DNA of 64,000 bases from Felis catus. Its lineage: Eukaryota. The stretch is taken from positions 15,688,001 through 15,752,000 of the forward strand of contig NC_058369.1 of the NCBI RefSeq assembly GCF_018350175.1. The letters run 5' to 3'. Both the position numbers and the translations under genes were made by a program. Under the pieces are notes generated by a model that was given only the letters and a program-made list of their open reading frames with translations, did not search any database and had not been told where the DNA came from. Below, piece after piece: positions 46,650-59,720 of this stretch (within the stretch, counting starts at the first letter, position 1; each line of letters begins with the position of its first letter).

Positions 46650-49600
46650 TGTGTCATAGTGTTTGCTTTATTTAAATCCTGAGGTTAACAAGAAAACAGT
46701 TCCAAACAGTGCCGCAGATGCTATAAAGAAGTGTGTTTGGGGTACAAAAGTTTCTCACTCCCACCCCCCCCGCCGTGCAGGTGGGGTGTTGGCAATTTGA
46801 TGTGCTTCTGGGTGGTTCTTTGGCAGGTTAAGAACGCAACGGGTCCCCAGACCCACTATCCCGTAAGGCCTCGAGAATGGAGGGTTAGTCAATTAAAGTG
46901 CAATTCTGATTTGGAAGCTACCCAGCCAAGGCCTGGGCATCGCTGTGCAGCCCCCAGAGGCAGGGGCATCTCTGGATAACACTCATCCTAAGGTTCTAAG
47001 GAAGCCTGTGTATCAGCGATGTCTCCCGAAATTTAAAGATAGACCCTAGGCGAGGGGATAACTGGAAGCTTTTAGGAAAACCATTCTCTTTCTTCTTCAG
47101 GTGCAGCGTGTGGCTTCTTCCCTTTCTACTTTTCAAGCCTGGTGGGGTGTTTCAGTTCCAGATTCCTTCTTGGGAATTTCTTTGCCTGCTCGTGATCCAG
47201 GTGACCGGGAGTCCAGCGGGATCCAGCCACAAGGGCTCTGCAGAGGCCACGCTTTATCCCGACACCCTTCCTTGCTATGGGTGGGCGTGCCTTAGAGGCT
47301 GTGTCCTTGGGGAAGGTTGGTGGGGAAGTGGCTTCTGAGCCAGAGGTGGACCAGGCAGCCGGCAGGAGTACTACAGGGTGAGTGACTGTTATTCAGAGAG
47401 CCGGCCATCCGGGGGCTTCTGGGTTCTTGTTGCGTTTCGTTTTGTTTTGCATAGTGATCTGGGGTCCCAAGGAGGTCTCCTCCTGATGATTTCTAGTGTC
47501 ATTCAGTCTCCTGGCTGGGGCTACCACCTTCAATGGTTGTGCTGCATTGTCATCTGCGGTTTTGGAAAACTCCCCCCACCCCCAAACCTCAGAAAAGTCG
47601 AGAACCTGTTTAAAATGAGAATAAAGCTATTCGTACAAGCCACGCTGAAACAGGCCAACGTGTTCTCTCTAGTTGCGTAACGCACAGCAAACTCGAGCTC
47701 ACGCTGCAGAGTAACGAGGGAGAAGAGTCTGTCCGGCACAAACAATAAATAGGATATGGAGCCAGGACGTGACCGCCGGGGGATCGGGCGAGCCTCTGAA
47801 CAACTGCGGTCAGGGTCAGCGTTCCGGAGCGGGGGCACTGCACGCCACCAGGGGCCCCTGTGCTCCTGGAGCAGCGGCTCTGGGCTGGCTTCGCAAGGGC
47901 CGGGCGCCCTAAGCGTGTTGTTGGGCCCCTGCCGGGCTGACTGACAGAGGTTCACGAGGGGGCTTGGGTGGAATGTTCCAGGCCTTTCTCAGGAAACACA
48001 GGAGCTGTTAGCTGCACAGGATGGTGGGGGCACCATCAGCTGGCCAGTCAGCATGGCATCCTGGGAAAGCACTCAGAACGAGACTCCAGACCGCTCTGGC
48101 TTCTCTGTTGTGGGTTTTGTTATTACGGGCAGCCACTAATTCTGATTACCTTTTCCAGGGGAGAGGGTGGGCTCAAAGGCGGCATGGTTTACTCTGGAAC
48201 CATCCTCAGGCCGTGTGGCACACCGGGGAGGGCAAGCGTGGGGTTCGGGAGAGTCTCCGGGAGCCCGGCCGCATCTTGCCTTGGCGCTGATCACGGTCAA
48301 GGCCTGGGCCACTGGGAGATGCTAGAGACCCCGGTGGCTTTCTGCCATGGGCGGCCGCTCCAAGGAAAGAGCACGAGAGGCTCGGCTTTTCTCTGGGTTG
48401 ATGTCTCCGGAAGGTTCTGTTCACCAACGCCCTTGCCCCGCCCAACCTGACTGCAAGCAGCCACGTCCCCAGTTAAGCGACAGCTCCAAGTCTATCATGG
48501 AGGTTACTCCCCCCACCCCTGCCCCACGAGTCCTCTCTGCTGGCTGGTAGCTGAGGGGTCTGTGCTGGACGTGGCCTGGGGTCGCTGACCTGTCCGAAGG
48601 GGGCCGCTCCAGATGCCCCGCTCACCTGTGGAAGTGTCTGAGCCCCGACTTCGGGCTCTGGCCTCTGTGAACCAGGCACAAAGAGGCCATCGAAGGTGAG
48701 CTCTGTACGGCGGGAGAAGAGGAGGGCCGTGGACAGCGGGAAGGCTATGTCCTTCCAGGAAAAGGACACAGGATTCCTCGGCCCCAAGGGGAGATGGCTC
48801 CTGGGGGTCAAGTGTCGGCTGAGCCACGGGAAGTGGGCAAACGGGGTGCTGGGGAGCAGGCGGGTGGCAAGTGGGGGCCGAGGAGTGAAGTCAGAGCAGA
48901 TTCGTGATGCCTGTTACGCTTGGGTTACCAGAGACTTTTGTTAAGAAGGCCCCGAGATTTGAAAGTGGTTCTTACCCTGATTATGATGGTTACTAAACAC
49001 GTCTGAAGGTCTTATTTATACAAAGAGCCCATCAGCGGAACCGTGCGTCCTAAGGGCCAAGGCGCGATGCTGCCTGTCGGTCAGGCTGTCAGGGTTAGCC
49101 GGCTTCGGGGCTTCAGCCGCCCGTGCAGAGACAGCGCCGCAGTGCGCGTCCTCAGGGGGGTGGCTGAGGGGCCTGCCTGAGTGAAGGGCTTTGCGCGAGG
49201 ACAGCACTTTGCAGACAGAAGAGCCGGGAAGAAAGTGGAGCTCGAGGCCCCTCCAAAACTGTGGAGCTTGAAGCAGCCCCAAATTTACTGGGGCAGGAAG
49301 GGACAGGCGTGGAGGGAGTCGCCGGAGGGGCCCCCCAGGCGCCCTGACTCTCAGGATGGCCCCGTGGCCTCCTTTTCCTGGGAGGACCAAGGGCCTCACG
49401 GCCTGAGGACTCGACAGGGTCTGGCCAGGACATCCCGGCTCATGGTCGCCCAGGACGCCTGGCCCCTGCTGGGCAGAGTGGGGCCTTTCTCTCCCCGGGC
49501 ACAAGTTGGGATCATGGCCTCTGGCCTGTGCAACTCTCCACGGGGGCGGCCTGGAGCCAGCTGTGGCTCCGGGAGAGGCCGATGGTCTCCTGAGGGTTTA

Positions 49601-49881
49601 AACCTTTGGCAGAGTGAGTGTCCCTTTGGGTGTGAGGATAGTCGGGTCCCTAATCTCGGGAAACGGTGCTTGAGCCCTTAAAAGCCATGGAGGCTGAGAG
49701 TGACGGTGTGAAGTTCTGAGTACAAGGTGCTCCAGACAGAGCAGCTCTGAGGGGTGGCCCGTCAGCTTTGGAGCCGCTGCCTTTTTTTTTTTTTTTTTTT
49801 TTTAGTGCTTTACGTGACAGGTGAGCAAGAGTAGTGTTTCCTGTGGATAAAGTGAAACTACTAGAATCCAGGTGCTTGAGG
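46650..49881 (-). other. FYCO1: FYCO1 3' UTR (~3.2 kb)
   Basis: SINE-free unique sequence from the stop codon to the AATAAA at 46667-46672. Confidence 0.7.
46667..46672 (-). terminator. FYCO1: FYCO1 poly(A) signal AATAAA
   Basis: TTTATT on +; minus strand continues to CA dinucleotides ~15 nt later, then GU/U-rich GTCGTCTTTCTTTG. Confidence 0.7.
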
Positions 49882-49957
49882 CTACGGGAAATCACTTCCA
49901 TCGTAGATCACAGGCCTGTCAACCGTCAAGTGATAAAACACTTTCTTGGAGACAAAC
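49882..49957 (-). CDS. FYCO1: FYCO1 last coding exon ([24 protein letters not shown])
   Basis: tttcctcag acceptor; AG+G gives Arg across the junction; TAG at 49882-49884. Confidence 0.95.
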
Positions 49958-51889
49958 CTGAGGAAACAGAAGTGGAAAAGGAGGGTGTCACTCAGACGCA
50001 GAAGCCCGAGGGCAGCGGCTGCCGCTGGGGCCTCTGCGGGGGGGCTGCGGTGACCTGGCTGGGTGGGGAGGGGCCCCGCGGGGAGGCCTGGGCCCCTCAC
50101 CCCGTTTGTCCGGCAGAGTTCTCCCCGGGCAAAGGGTCCGGGGGGTCCTGGGACGTCAGCACCGACTGCCCTGGGGCGTGGGTGCAGAAAAGCCGCAGGG
50201 TTGCTGCTCTGCAGCCGTTGGGGGTGGCGGGGGGCTGCACGGGGAGGGGGTGGGTGGAGAGAGCAGACACTGAGAAGAGGTCTCTGGGGGAGCATGGGTT
50301 TCAGCCCCCCCGGCCACCTGAGCGTGTTCTGCCGTCCACGGTTCAGAACCCTCTGCAAGGCCATAAGGCCAGGGTTTGTCACAGCAGCACGGCCACCTCT
50401 AGCGGTAACTAGGAGCCTGCCTGGGGCACAGGACTGCGTTCCGCCCTCAGTGCGCCTCTCCTCCGCCGCGCCCACAACCCGCAGGGAATCCTCATGAGGT
50501 GGCATCTGTGCTCACGGCCAGCGCACAGGAGACGGGGCTCAGCTAAGGCCCACAGAGGGAAGGGCAGGGCCCTTGCCTGGCGGACCCGCACCCACTCGCC
50601 TGACCGCTGCCCCATCCCGCTGCCCTGCAGGGGGCTGGGGCTCATGGTCACTTGGAGCTCTGGAGGCCGTTCTCTGGAAATGCTGGGCCTGTGCCCCTGA
50701 GTCCTGCTAATTCAAGGTGCGTGTGTGTTCATGGGGCAGCGGAGGGGCAGGAGAGGGGAAGGGGGGGGCAAGGGGGGGAAGTTCATGCTCTTAGCCTCTC
50801 GTGTGTGGACGCCCTTGGTCACAAGCCCTGGAGTTCAGGGCCTGAAGGTGGTGAGGGGTGGTATGGCTCTCTTCTAGAATATGCTATCTAGTCATTCTGC
50901 TAAAAGCCAAGTGGGCTGGGAAGGGTGCCCTGTGGGGGGGATGTGGCCACTAGCTCAGGGCCCCACTCACAGAGGATGTGGCTGGTGCCGGTCAGGCAGG
51001 TCTCCTAAAAAAGGTGGCCCCGACAAGGGCTTATGCCGAAGCCAGAAGACACAAAAGGGATGGGTGCCAGCAACCTTAACCACCCCCGTCTCCTGTCTCC
51101 AGGACGTGGGGCCCTGGCGCATGGCACACGCCCAACCAATGTGCTCTTCTCCTCCACTTCCTTCCTCGGCTGCCCCTCCAGCTCGTGTCCCTACATTCCC
51201 AACGTCCTGCCCTCCAGCCCTTCACTGCTGACCCATATCTGGTGCTTTGATGTAGTGCTTCCCAGAGAAGGCACACGCTGCTCCTGTTGCCATGCTGAGA
51301 AGGCCCAGGGGCTCCTCCTCAAAGCTCTAGTCCTGCCCTTCATTTCCCTCTTGCTTGTCCGTCCGTCCATCCATCCATCCATCCAACCATCCACTGTTTC
51401 TACTGAGCCCCTTCTCTGGGCTGGGCAGTGGGAGCTTGGACACTCGGGAGAAGCAGGAGGGCATACGGTTGAGTCCAGAGCCTGGAGGCAGGCCCTCTGG
51501 GTTCCCACCTGGCTCCACCACCACCAGCTGTGTGACCTGGAGTGTCACTCTGTTACGCGTCTGGTCCTCAGACCCCTAGCAGCACCGTGAGGAGAACGGT
51601 GGTCGCTCCGACATGGGGGTGTTGTTGGGCGTAAGTGAGTCAATAAGGGTGGAGGGCCGAGAACCACCTGACATGAGCTAAGACTCTGTAAGTACTAGCC
51701 CGTGTTTTATAAAATCTATAGCAGACCCTAAACCACCACCGTATAGGGGTCTAAGATAAAAAACAACACAAAACAAACTATTAATAATAAGTTACCGATA
51801 ATTAAATAGTCTCTTTTAAATGTCCACCTCTGTTCTTGGGGCCAGGAGGCAGGTGAGTTGTTCTGGATGTTAATGAGCGAGCATCCCTA

Positions 51890-52048
<159 letters not shown>

Positions 52049-52479
52049 CTAAAGGTCTTCTGGGCAGAGCCTTTATTTTGGGGAGGGAACTAGGCCCAGG
52101 GAGGCTAGGCGCCCTGTCTGAGGTCGCAGCGGAGCAAGGCTGGGGCTGTGGTCAGCCCCAGGAGCGGGGAGGGGCCTTCCACATGCCCTGCATTTGTTGG
52201 TAACCTGTGTTAGGGAAGAGGCTGTGAGCGTGAGTTTCACCCGACATCGTGAACTAGTCAGCGCCCCAAAGGAGTGGGCCCAGCCTTTCTGACCATGGCC
52301 AGTGCCAGAGTGTTCCACATGTGGAGGACCACTCATTTTATGGATTCAGGAAGCTGGGACTTATTCGAGGTGAAGTCCATAAGTCTGGCTGGCTCCGATT
52401 GGACCGAGGGCTGACCTGGGGTCAGGTGAGCCCCACAATTGCCTCAGGTCTCCACTTGGAGAGAAGGGAGCAACAGCCA

Positions 52480-54050
52480 GATGGGACAAATGGAAAACAG
52501 AGAGGACGATGACAGACTCAAACCTTACCTGATCAATAAGCCCACTAAATGTAAATAGTCTAAACATCCCAATTAAAAGGCAAAGATTAGCAGGTTGACC
52601 CAACCCCATCATGCCTATAAGAAAAGACGATTTAAAGGTAAAGATACAAATAGGTTGAAAATCAAGGGATGTAAAAAGATGTATTGTGGTAGCATGAGTC
52701 AAAAGAAGGGTGAATTGACTGCCTTAACATCAGACGAAACACATTTTATATCAAGGGATGTGGTCAGGGATAATTTCCTAATGATAAAGATGTTAGTGCA
52801 TCAAGAGGACGGGCCAGTCCCGACACCGATGCCCCTAATGACTGAGCTTCAAAACCCACGAAGCAAAAAGTGGTAGAATTGCAAGGCGAAATAGGTGAAT
52901 TCACAGTTATGGTTGTATATTTCAATCATGGATGGAATAAAAGACAGGAGCTCAGTAGGGAAATGAAGACTCAAAGAACAGCATCAGCTAACTCAATCCA
53001 ACCGCCGCTTATGGGACACTCCACCTGACCATGGCAGAACAAACCGTCTTTTTCGAGTGCGCTTGGGATAATACACAGTAGGCCATCTTCTAGGCCATTA
53101 AAAAAAAAAAAAAAGCAACACTCATATTTAAAAGGATTCAAGTTATACAAAGTTGGTTTTCTGCCTGCAATGGACTTAAATTAGAAGTGAATCGGGGCGC
53201 CTGGGTGGCGCAGTCGGTTAAGCGTCCGACTTCAGCCAGGTCACGATCTCGCGGTCCGTGAGTTCGAGCCCCGCATCGGGCTCTGGGCTGATGGCTCAGA
53301 GCCTGGAGCCTGTTTCCGATTCTGTGTCTCCCTCTCTCTCTGCCCTTCCCCTGTTCATGCTCTGTCTCTCTCTGTCCCAAAAATAAATAAACATTGAAAA
53401 AAAAAATTAAAAAAAAAAAAAAAGAGTGAATAGATCTCCGGGGCACCTGTGTGGCTCCGTTGGTTAAGCGGCCGACTTCAGCTCAGGTCATGATTTCGCA
53501 GTTCATGAGTTCGAGCCCCGCGTCGGGCTCCGTGCTGACAGCTCGGAGTCTGGACCCTGCTTCGGATTCTGTGTCTCCCTCTCTCTGCCCCTCCCCTGCT
53601 CATGCTCTCTCTCTCTGTCTCCCAAAACTAAACGTTAAAAAAGAAATTAAAAAAAAAAGTGAATAGATCTCTAGAAAATACCAAAATATTGGGGCGCCTG
53701 GGTGGCTCAGTCGGTTAAACCCCCGACTTCAGCTCAGGTCATGATCTCACGGCTCGTGCGTTCAAGCCCCGCATCGGGCTCTGTGCTGACAGCTCGGAGC
53801 CTGGAGCCTGTTTCAGATTCTGTGTCTCCACCTGTCTCTGCCCCTTCCCTGCTCATGCTCTCTCTCTGTCTCTCTTTCTCTCAGAAATAAACATTAAACA
53901 ACTAAAAAAAAAAAAAAAGAAAATACCAAAATATTTATAAACTAATCATCACACTTTTAAATAACCCGTGGGCCGAAGAGAAATAAAAAAATCAAGTGGG
54001 AGGTCCCAAAAGCATGGGAGAGAATTGTGCACGGCACGTTCCGGATGCCA
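52480..54050 (+). mobile_element. Old L1 ORF2 endonuclease-region fragment, interrupted by three SINEs
   Basis: Degenerate LNVNSLNIPIKRQRL and DTNRLKIKG-like L1 EN motifs; A-rich + strand. Confidence 0.75.
53194..53917 (+). mobile_element. Three tandem Can-SINEs (starts 53194, 53440, 53691)
   Basis: Each has its own head, tail and TSD. Confidence 0.92.
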
Positions 54051-57000
54051 CAGCACCTTTGCTCTGGCTGGGAGCTGCTGGTGGAGAGGCAGTAGGTAGA
54101 GCCCAAGACAGGCCTGGGTGGGATCAAGATGAATGAGGACCTACTGTGTGTAGGCTCTGGGGCGGCCACTTCTGCACATGGTCTCCTCAAGTTCCATTAA
54201 CGGTCTCTCGCATTCTTATTTCCATCGAGCACTGAGAATTCTGAGCGGTTGAGAGGTTGGGTCTGCTTCTGTGGCCCGTAACCTACCAATTCTGAGCCTG
54301 GACATTCCAGCAAGCACAGGCAGGAAGGAGCCGCTGGACAGGAAGGCTTGCTGTTGACACAGGGGCCACTGGGCGCCCCACACCTCAACCTCAGCATTTA
54401 CGGCCTTGATTGCAAAGCAACCACCGAGAGCTCGTTGGGCATTAGAAGTTTCTATTCTGTAGACTTTTCACACGTCTTGACTCCTGTTTTCCCACCGGGG
54501 GCAAAATCTATGAGATTTTCTCTGGCCAAGGCTCATGCAGCTGCAGTGATAGGAAGATGATGGGGGGGGGGGCGGGGAGTGGTCTCTGGAATAAACCCGA
54601 GGCAGGTCTCCGCTGTGCGAGCCCTGGGGGTGCCTCCCACCAGCGCCAGCGCCTGGGCGGCCGTGCCCTGATTTACACCATGTGTCTGCGAGACAGCACG
54701 AGTTGGTTTCATTTATATTTGGACGGGTTCCTGTGGCCTGGGGCTCCCGTGCAAAGTGAGGGTTCTATGCTACATGGAAGAAGTGAGTCACAAGAGGCCA
54801 CAAGAGGCCACGGTGGTGGTTGCTGGGGGGCGGAGGTTTGGGAGTGACTGGCCATGATGTTTCTTTTGGGGATGATTAGAGTGGCAATGGTTACATAAGC
54901 TGTAATACACTGTATTTTAATGGGTCGATTATTTGGTATATGAACTGTATCTCAGTAAAGCTGTCTAAAAAATACAAGGTCAAGCGTCCTTGCTGCCGGT
55001 GCTGGTCCCTCCCCTGAGTCTCTGTGGCCCCAGACAGGCTGTTGAGTTTCTCTGGCCAAACATGGGTCCCCACCCAGAGAGAGGGCAGGGCCTGGGTCCC
55101 ATTTCCTGTTCTGTCCCCAGGCTTTAAGACAGCGGTCGGCACACAGGCAGCCTCAAGTCCTTGATTTACTGTTTCTCTGGTCAAGCGTCTTCCCAAATTC
55201 ACAGCCTTTGATCTCAGTGCTGAGGAACGACCTTGTCCCCGTGGAAACACTCTGGAGAGGAGGGGGCCCGGGGACGGGGCAGTGTCTGCTGCGGGCTGTC
55301 AGAGATGGGCCTGGCCTTGTGCTGTGTGGCTCCCTCCACCAGGGCACGTCTCCTGGCGTGGCCCAAGGCCTCCTCCCCTGATCACTGCGCCCCAGGTGCC
55401 CGCCCGTCCCCACCATGACACTCTACCTGGAATCATGGTTGTCTGTTCACTAGGGTCTCTCTCCTGAAGGGCAGATCTCACGTTGTCCCTTCTCTCTCTC
55501 TAGCTCTGATAGGCGCGACAGAGCCCGGGGTTCAGCAGAAACTCAGGAAGTGGCTGTGAGCAGACCCCGAGTCCCTCATGTCTGCACCTCCATAATCACA
55601 CTTCTGGGTGCTGCAATTTGCTCTGGACCCTGGAGTTTCCTGTAAGGCCCAGGTTGGTCAGGGGAGTCGGGGGATCCCAGGGGGAGTCCCTCAGACGGCC
55701 GCTGAGGACGTGCACCTGGAAACAGGTTCCCAGGCTGATGTCTGTTCAGGGGACCTCGGGCAGAAATAACAGCAGTCCCACGGCAGGCTGGGGATGCTGG
55801 GCTCCTGAAGGCAGACAGTGCCCGAAAGCCCTTCTCGCTCGCCCCGTGTACGGGCTCCTTCTGCCCCCTGGCGTCCACTCTGAGAAACACACGGGTAGTC
55901 CTGACCCCTGGAGGTCACCTGGACGCCAGAGATGAGGAAGCTTCCTCCGGGTCCCCAAGCCCGCAAGAACCACACAGATCTCCCAGGGCCGTGAGGGTTT
56001 GGCGGGTGAGCGACTGAACATGGGGAGAGGCCCACAGCTCGGCCATGCGTGGACAGGTGGAACAGCAAAGGCCTGGACACCCGATTGAGTCCCTTCCCCT
56101 GTCCCTGCCACAAACAGCCACCGGTGTCTGATGCGGGACGACGTGGTGCTGGTCCCTGGTAGGTCTTGGGGCTGTGGGGGCGAACGGCCCGGCTACCGGA
56201 GGCAAGTTCCTGCTGAGCGTGGCGCTGGCCCTGGCAAGCCACTCTGCCTCTTAGTGACCTCATCTGCCAACGTGAGCCCTGCACGCCAGCTGCAGGGCGG
56301 AGTCCGTGCCCGCTCCCGGACCGCAAGCCCCAGGACCGCCCGGGGGCAGCCTTGGAACCCCAGGGAGTAAGGGCTCCGAGCTCGGAACACAGCACGGCCA
56401 GGGGCCCCCCGAAGGGAAAGGGGGGGGCAGAGCGTGGATGAGAGGCTCCACAGAACAAGGCCAACTCAAGGAGGCTGGAATTAAGTCGTAGGAGTGAATT
56501 TGGAGAGGGCGGGAATGACAGAGTCGTCTCTGCCACGAGCCGGTACCAACAGGGCAGGGGACACGACAGCGAGCCAGACAGGCACGGGGCGCACAGGGCG
56601 AGCCTGGTCTCCTTCAGCTCGGGGCCGCACCCCGCCTCTCGCCGAGGGCCCCCCACAGCCAGCGCCCCACAGGCGGGGGGTGGGGGGGACTCAGGGATTT
56701 TGTCACGCAGACGTCACAGGAGGCTCCTTTCAGGCGATTTCAAACTGCTCTCCCCCACCCTTCTTCTCGCCACTGCTGGCACCTGGAAGTTTCCGCACGG
56801 TATAGCCGCTAAGGGCCGCTCTGAGCTCTAGGCCAGCCTGGCCGTCCTCACCGGTCCTCCCACCCACAGTGTGTCAAACGGGACAAGAATTTCCACCCAA
56901 ACCAGCTCCTCTCCCCTCTGCTGAGTCAGTCAGCCACCCACGGAGTCCTGTTCAACCTCCTGTCCCGGGCTCTGGATCCCACCCATCCTTTCTATTCTGG

Positions 57001-57583
57001 CTCCCAAGCCCCTGGAGCTAGGCTCACCGGACGCACCTGGGGATGCCTGTGTGTCCACACTCTGCTACCCCCTGCCTGGATTCTGACCGAGTGGTGTGGC
57101 GGTGGCCTCAGGACTGGGTGTTTCTAACGTGCAGACAACACTGAGACCCGTGGTCCAGGCCATCATCAGCACGCCACGCTGAGAATGTCTTAGGACTTTA
57201 TGAGCTTGCATCTGCCACCGAGATTTCAAGCCCCACCCACCACCCAAGGGACACAATGGCCAGGTGTCTCTGGCAAGGTCTCTGGGGCCCATGCCCCCTA
57301 ACCTCCTCCACGGTGCCCTCCTCTTGCTCTGCACAGCCGGGCTAAAAAAGGATCCTTAAAGCGGGTCACATGTCTGTATTCTTCGCAATTTCACCCACTG
57401 ACCTGTCCCAAGGTCAGACCGGAGATGTCTGACACAGGAGCAACCTTCAGACGCCTGAGGACAGTGCTCTGGAGCCTCCAAGGTCTTTCCTTTCCCAAGC
57501 CGGCCAAGGACAGGAGCGTTGCCTGCCCCATGGAACGCAGCCCGGAGGGCCCGCCCACCTGCTTTCTCTCCACGTCCCTCTCA

Positions 57584-57937
<354 letters not shown>

Positions 57938-58784
57938 TCAAACGGGCAAAGTGCCTGAGTCCCCTGGCCAGCTCGTCTGCGGCTCAGAGGTGGCCGGAAG
58001 CCCTGGAGGCTCTTGGGAGGACAAGGCCTGGGTACCCTTGACCAACACGCTTAACTGTGCGAGAAACCTGGATGCGCAGTGTGGGTCGAGGCACCGGGGC
58101 CGCGTGTAAAGCACGCAGGTGACAGTCCCGGCTGCGTGGGGCTGGCACATCCCTGCAAGCCTGTCGGAGAGGAGAACGGCCTGAGGCGATCCACGCGCCG
58201 CGAACGGGAAGCGGGTGCGGAGGCCTCGGCTTTCTGCAGCTTTCCCGGAGCTGCCCTGCTGCCCAGCACAGGTCCCCTCCCCAACTCCCTGCCGCCCTTC
58301 ATGTCATTAGCACCAGCAGGAAGCACGCACGTCATTAGAAACTTCCCGCCCTCTGGAAATCTGGGGCCTGCTGTAAGACTGCAAGGGGGCACCCTGATTT
58401 TCTTAAACGCAGCCGTCCCAGATTCTTTATACGGCAGGGGCGGTGGGGCAGGGTGATGGCCTCGGGGACGCAGGCTTCTCGGGGACCGTGTCCCCGGTCT
58501 TAACGCTCGTCAGCTGGACAACAGCCGCTTCCGTAAGTTTAAGGGTTTAGTGACAGTGAGCTCCTCTGTTCCTGGGGTCCTGTGCGGGGCCCAGAGTGTG
58601 GAGCCAGAGGGACCCGGGTTCCGGTACCTGCTTTGCTTCCCTTCCCTCCTCCTGAGCCTCAGTTTCCTCATCTGCAAACGAGGACAACCAGGCCTGCCCG
58701 CTGACGGGTGTGAGGCATACATCAGAGGATGAACTTGGCCGAGGGGGGACTGCTCCCTGAGGCTGCCTGTTTTCCGACTCGGTG

Positions 58785-58798
58785 GCGCCCCCTCCTGG
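58785..58798 (-). promoter_or_regulatory. Candidate CTCF site
   Basis: Minus strand CCAGGAGGGGGCGC, 13/14 match to CCASYAGRKGGCRS. Confidence 0.5.
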
Positions 58799-58959
58799 AC
58801 CGTGCAAGTCGGGAGCCAGCATATGAGCACGAGATGCGAGGACAGGGCCTCCAGTGCTGAGCTGCCACCTCAGGGGCGGCGTGGCCTCGGGCGAGTCGCA
58901 TCCCCTCGACTGTGAAGCGAGAAGGTGGTGGCCACTACGTGCGGGGCCCTCTGCTCGCA

Positions 58960-59235
58960 GGCTTCATGTGCTATCACCACGGCCACGTGAGGAAGCAGGG
59001 TGCTCCCCCTTGCACATGAGGAAGCCAAGAATCACACAGATGAAGAAACTTGGTCCAGGCCCACACAGGTCTGATAGGAAGCCATTACCTGTCCACTCCA
59101 CCAAACTGCCTTCCGTGGCGAAAATGTTACTGTCCCCTTCGAGATGCGGCAGTGGAAACTGAAGCTCAGAGAGGTTAGGTAACTCGCCCAAGACTGCACA
59201 GCAAGTAAGTCACGGGGCTGAGAGTTCTATCTGCC
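58960..59235 (-). mobile_element. MIR fragments
   Basis: GGAAACTGAAGCTCAGAGAGGTTAGGTAACTCGCCCAAG core. Confidence 0.55.
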
Positions 59236-59322
59236 TTCAGAGGTATGGAGACGGATGGAAATACCTCCCCCCCAAGCTATGCTAACGAGAAGAGGAATCA
59301 AGGATTAAAAAACCCAGAATGT

Positions 59323-59511
59323 GGGGCACCTGGGTGGCTTAGTCGGTTAAGCGTCTGACTCTTGGTTGAGCCTCAGGTCATGGTCTCGTGGTTCCGTGAG
59401 TTCGAGCCCACGACAGGCACTGTGCTGACTGCGTGGAGCCTGCTTGGGATCCTGTCTCCCTTTCTCTCTGCCCTTCCCCCACTTGCACTGTCTCTCTCAA
59501 AAATAAATAAA
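59323..59511 (+). mobile_element. Can-SINE
   Basis: Sense head/tail. Confidence 0.85.
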
Positions 59512-59519
59512 CACCCTAC

Positions 59520-59720
59520 TTTGTTTCTGTTCCACGGCCAGCGCCACCCTGTGACACAGTATGTAATTTACTTGTGTATTCCTGTTTAATGTCTGTCAAC
59601 CCCTGCTGGAATATAAGCTCAACAGGGGGGCTCTGTTTTGCTCAGTGATGTACTCCAAGGACCTAGAACATACCCGGCACCTAGTAGGTGCTGAATAAAT
59701 ACGTGTGAGTGAGCGCATGA
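59520..59720 (+). mobile_element. L2 3' end
   Basis: GGAATATAAGCTC...CCTAGAACATACCCGGCACCTAGTAGGTGCTGAATAAATA. Confidence 0.65.

Noticed and set aside
49958..50505. Upstream part of the 207-aa ORF ending in the FYCO1 C-terminus
   Set aside because: Intronic; the exon starts at the acceptor at 49957.
55691..56656. 321-aa minus-strand ORF; similar long ORFs at 15377, 16585, 41497 and 62899
   Set aside because: GC-rich or repeat-containing sequence, P/G/R/A-biased, no recognisable domain or splice support.
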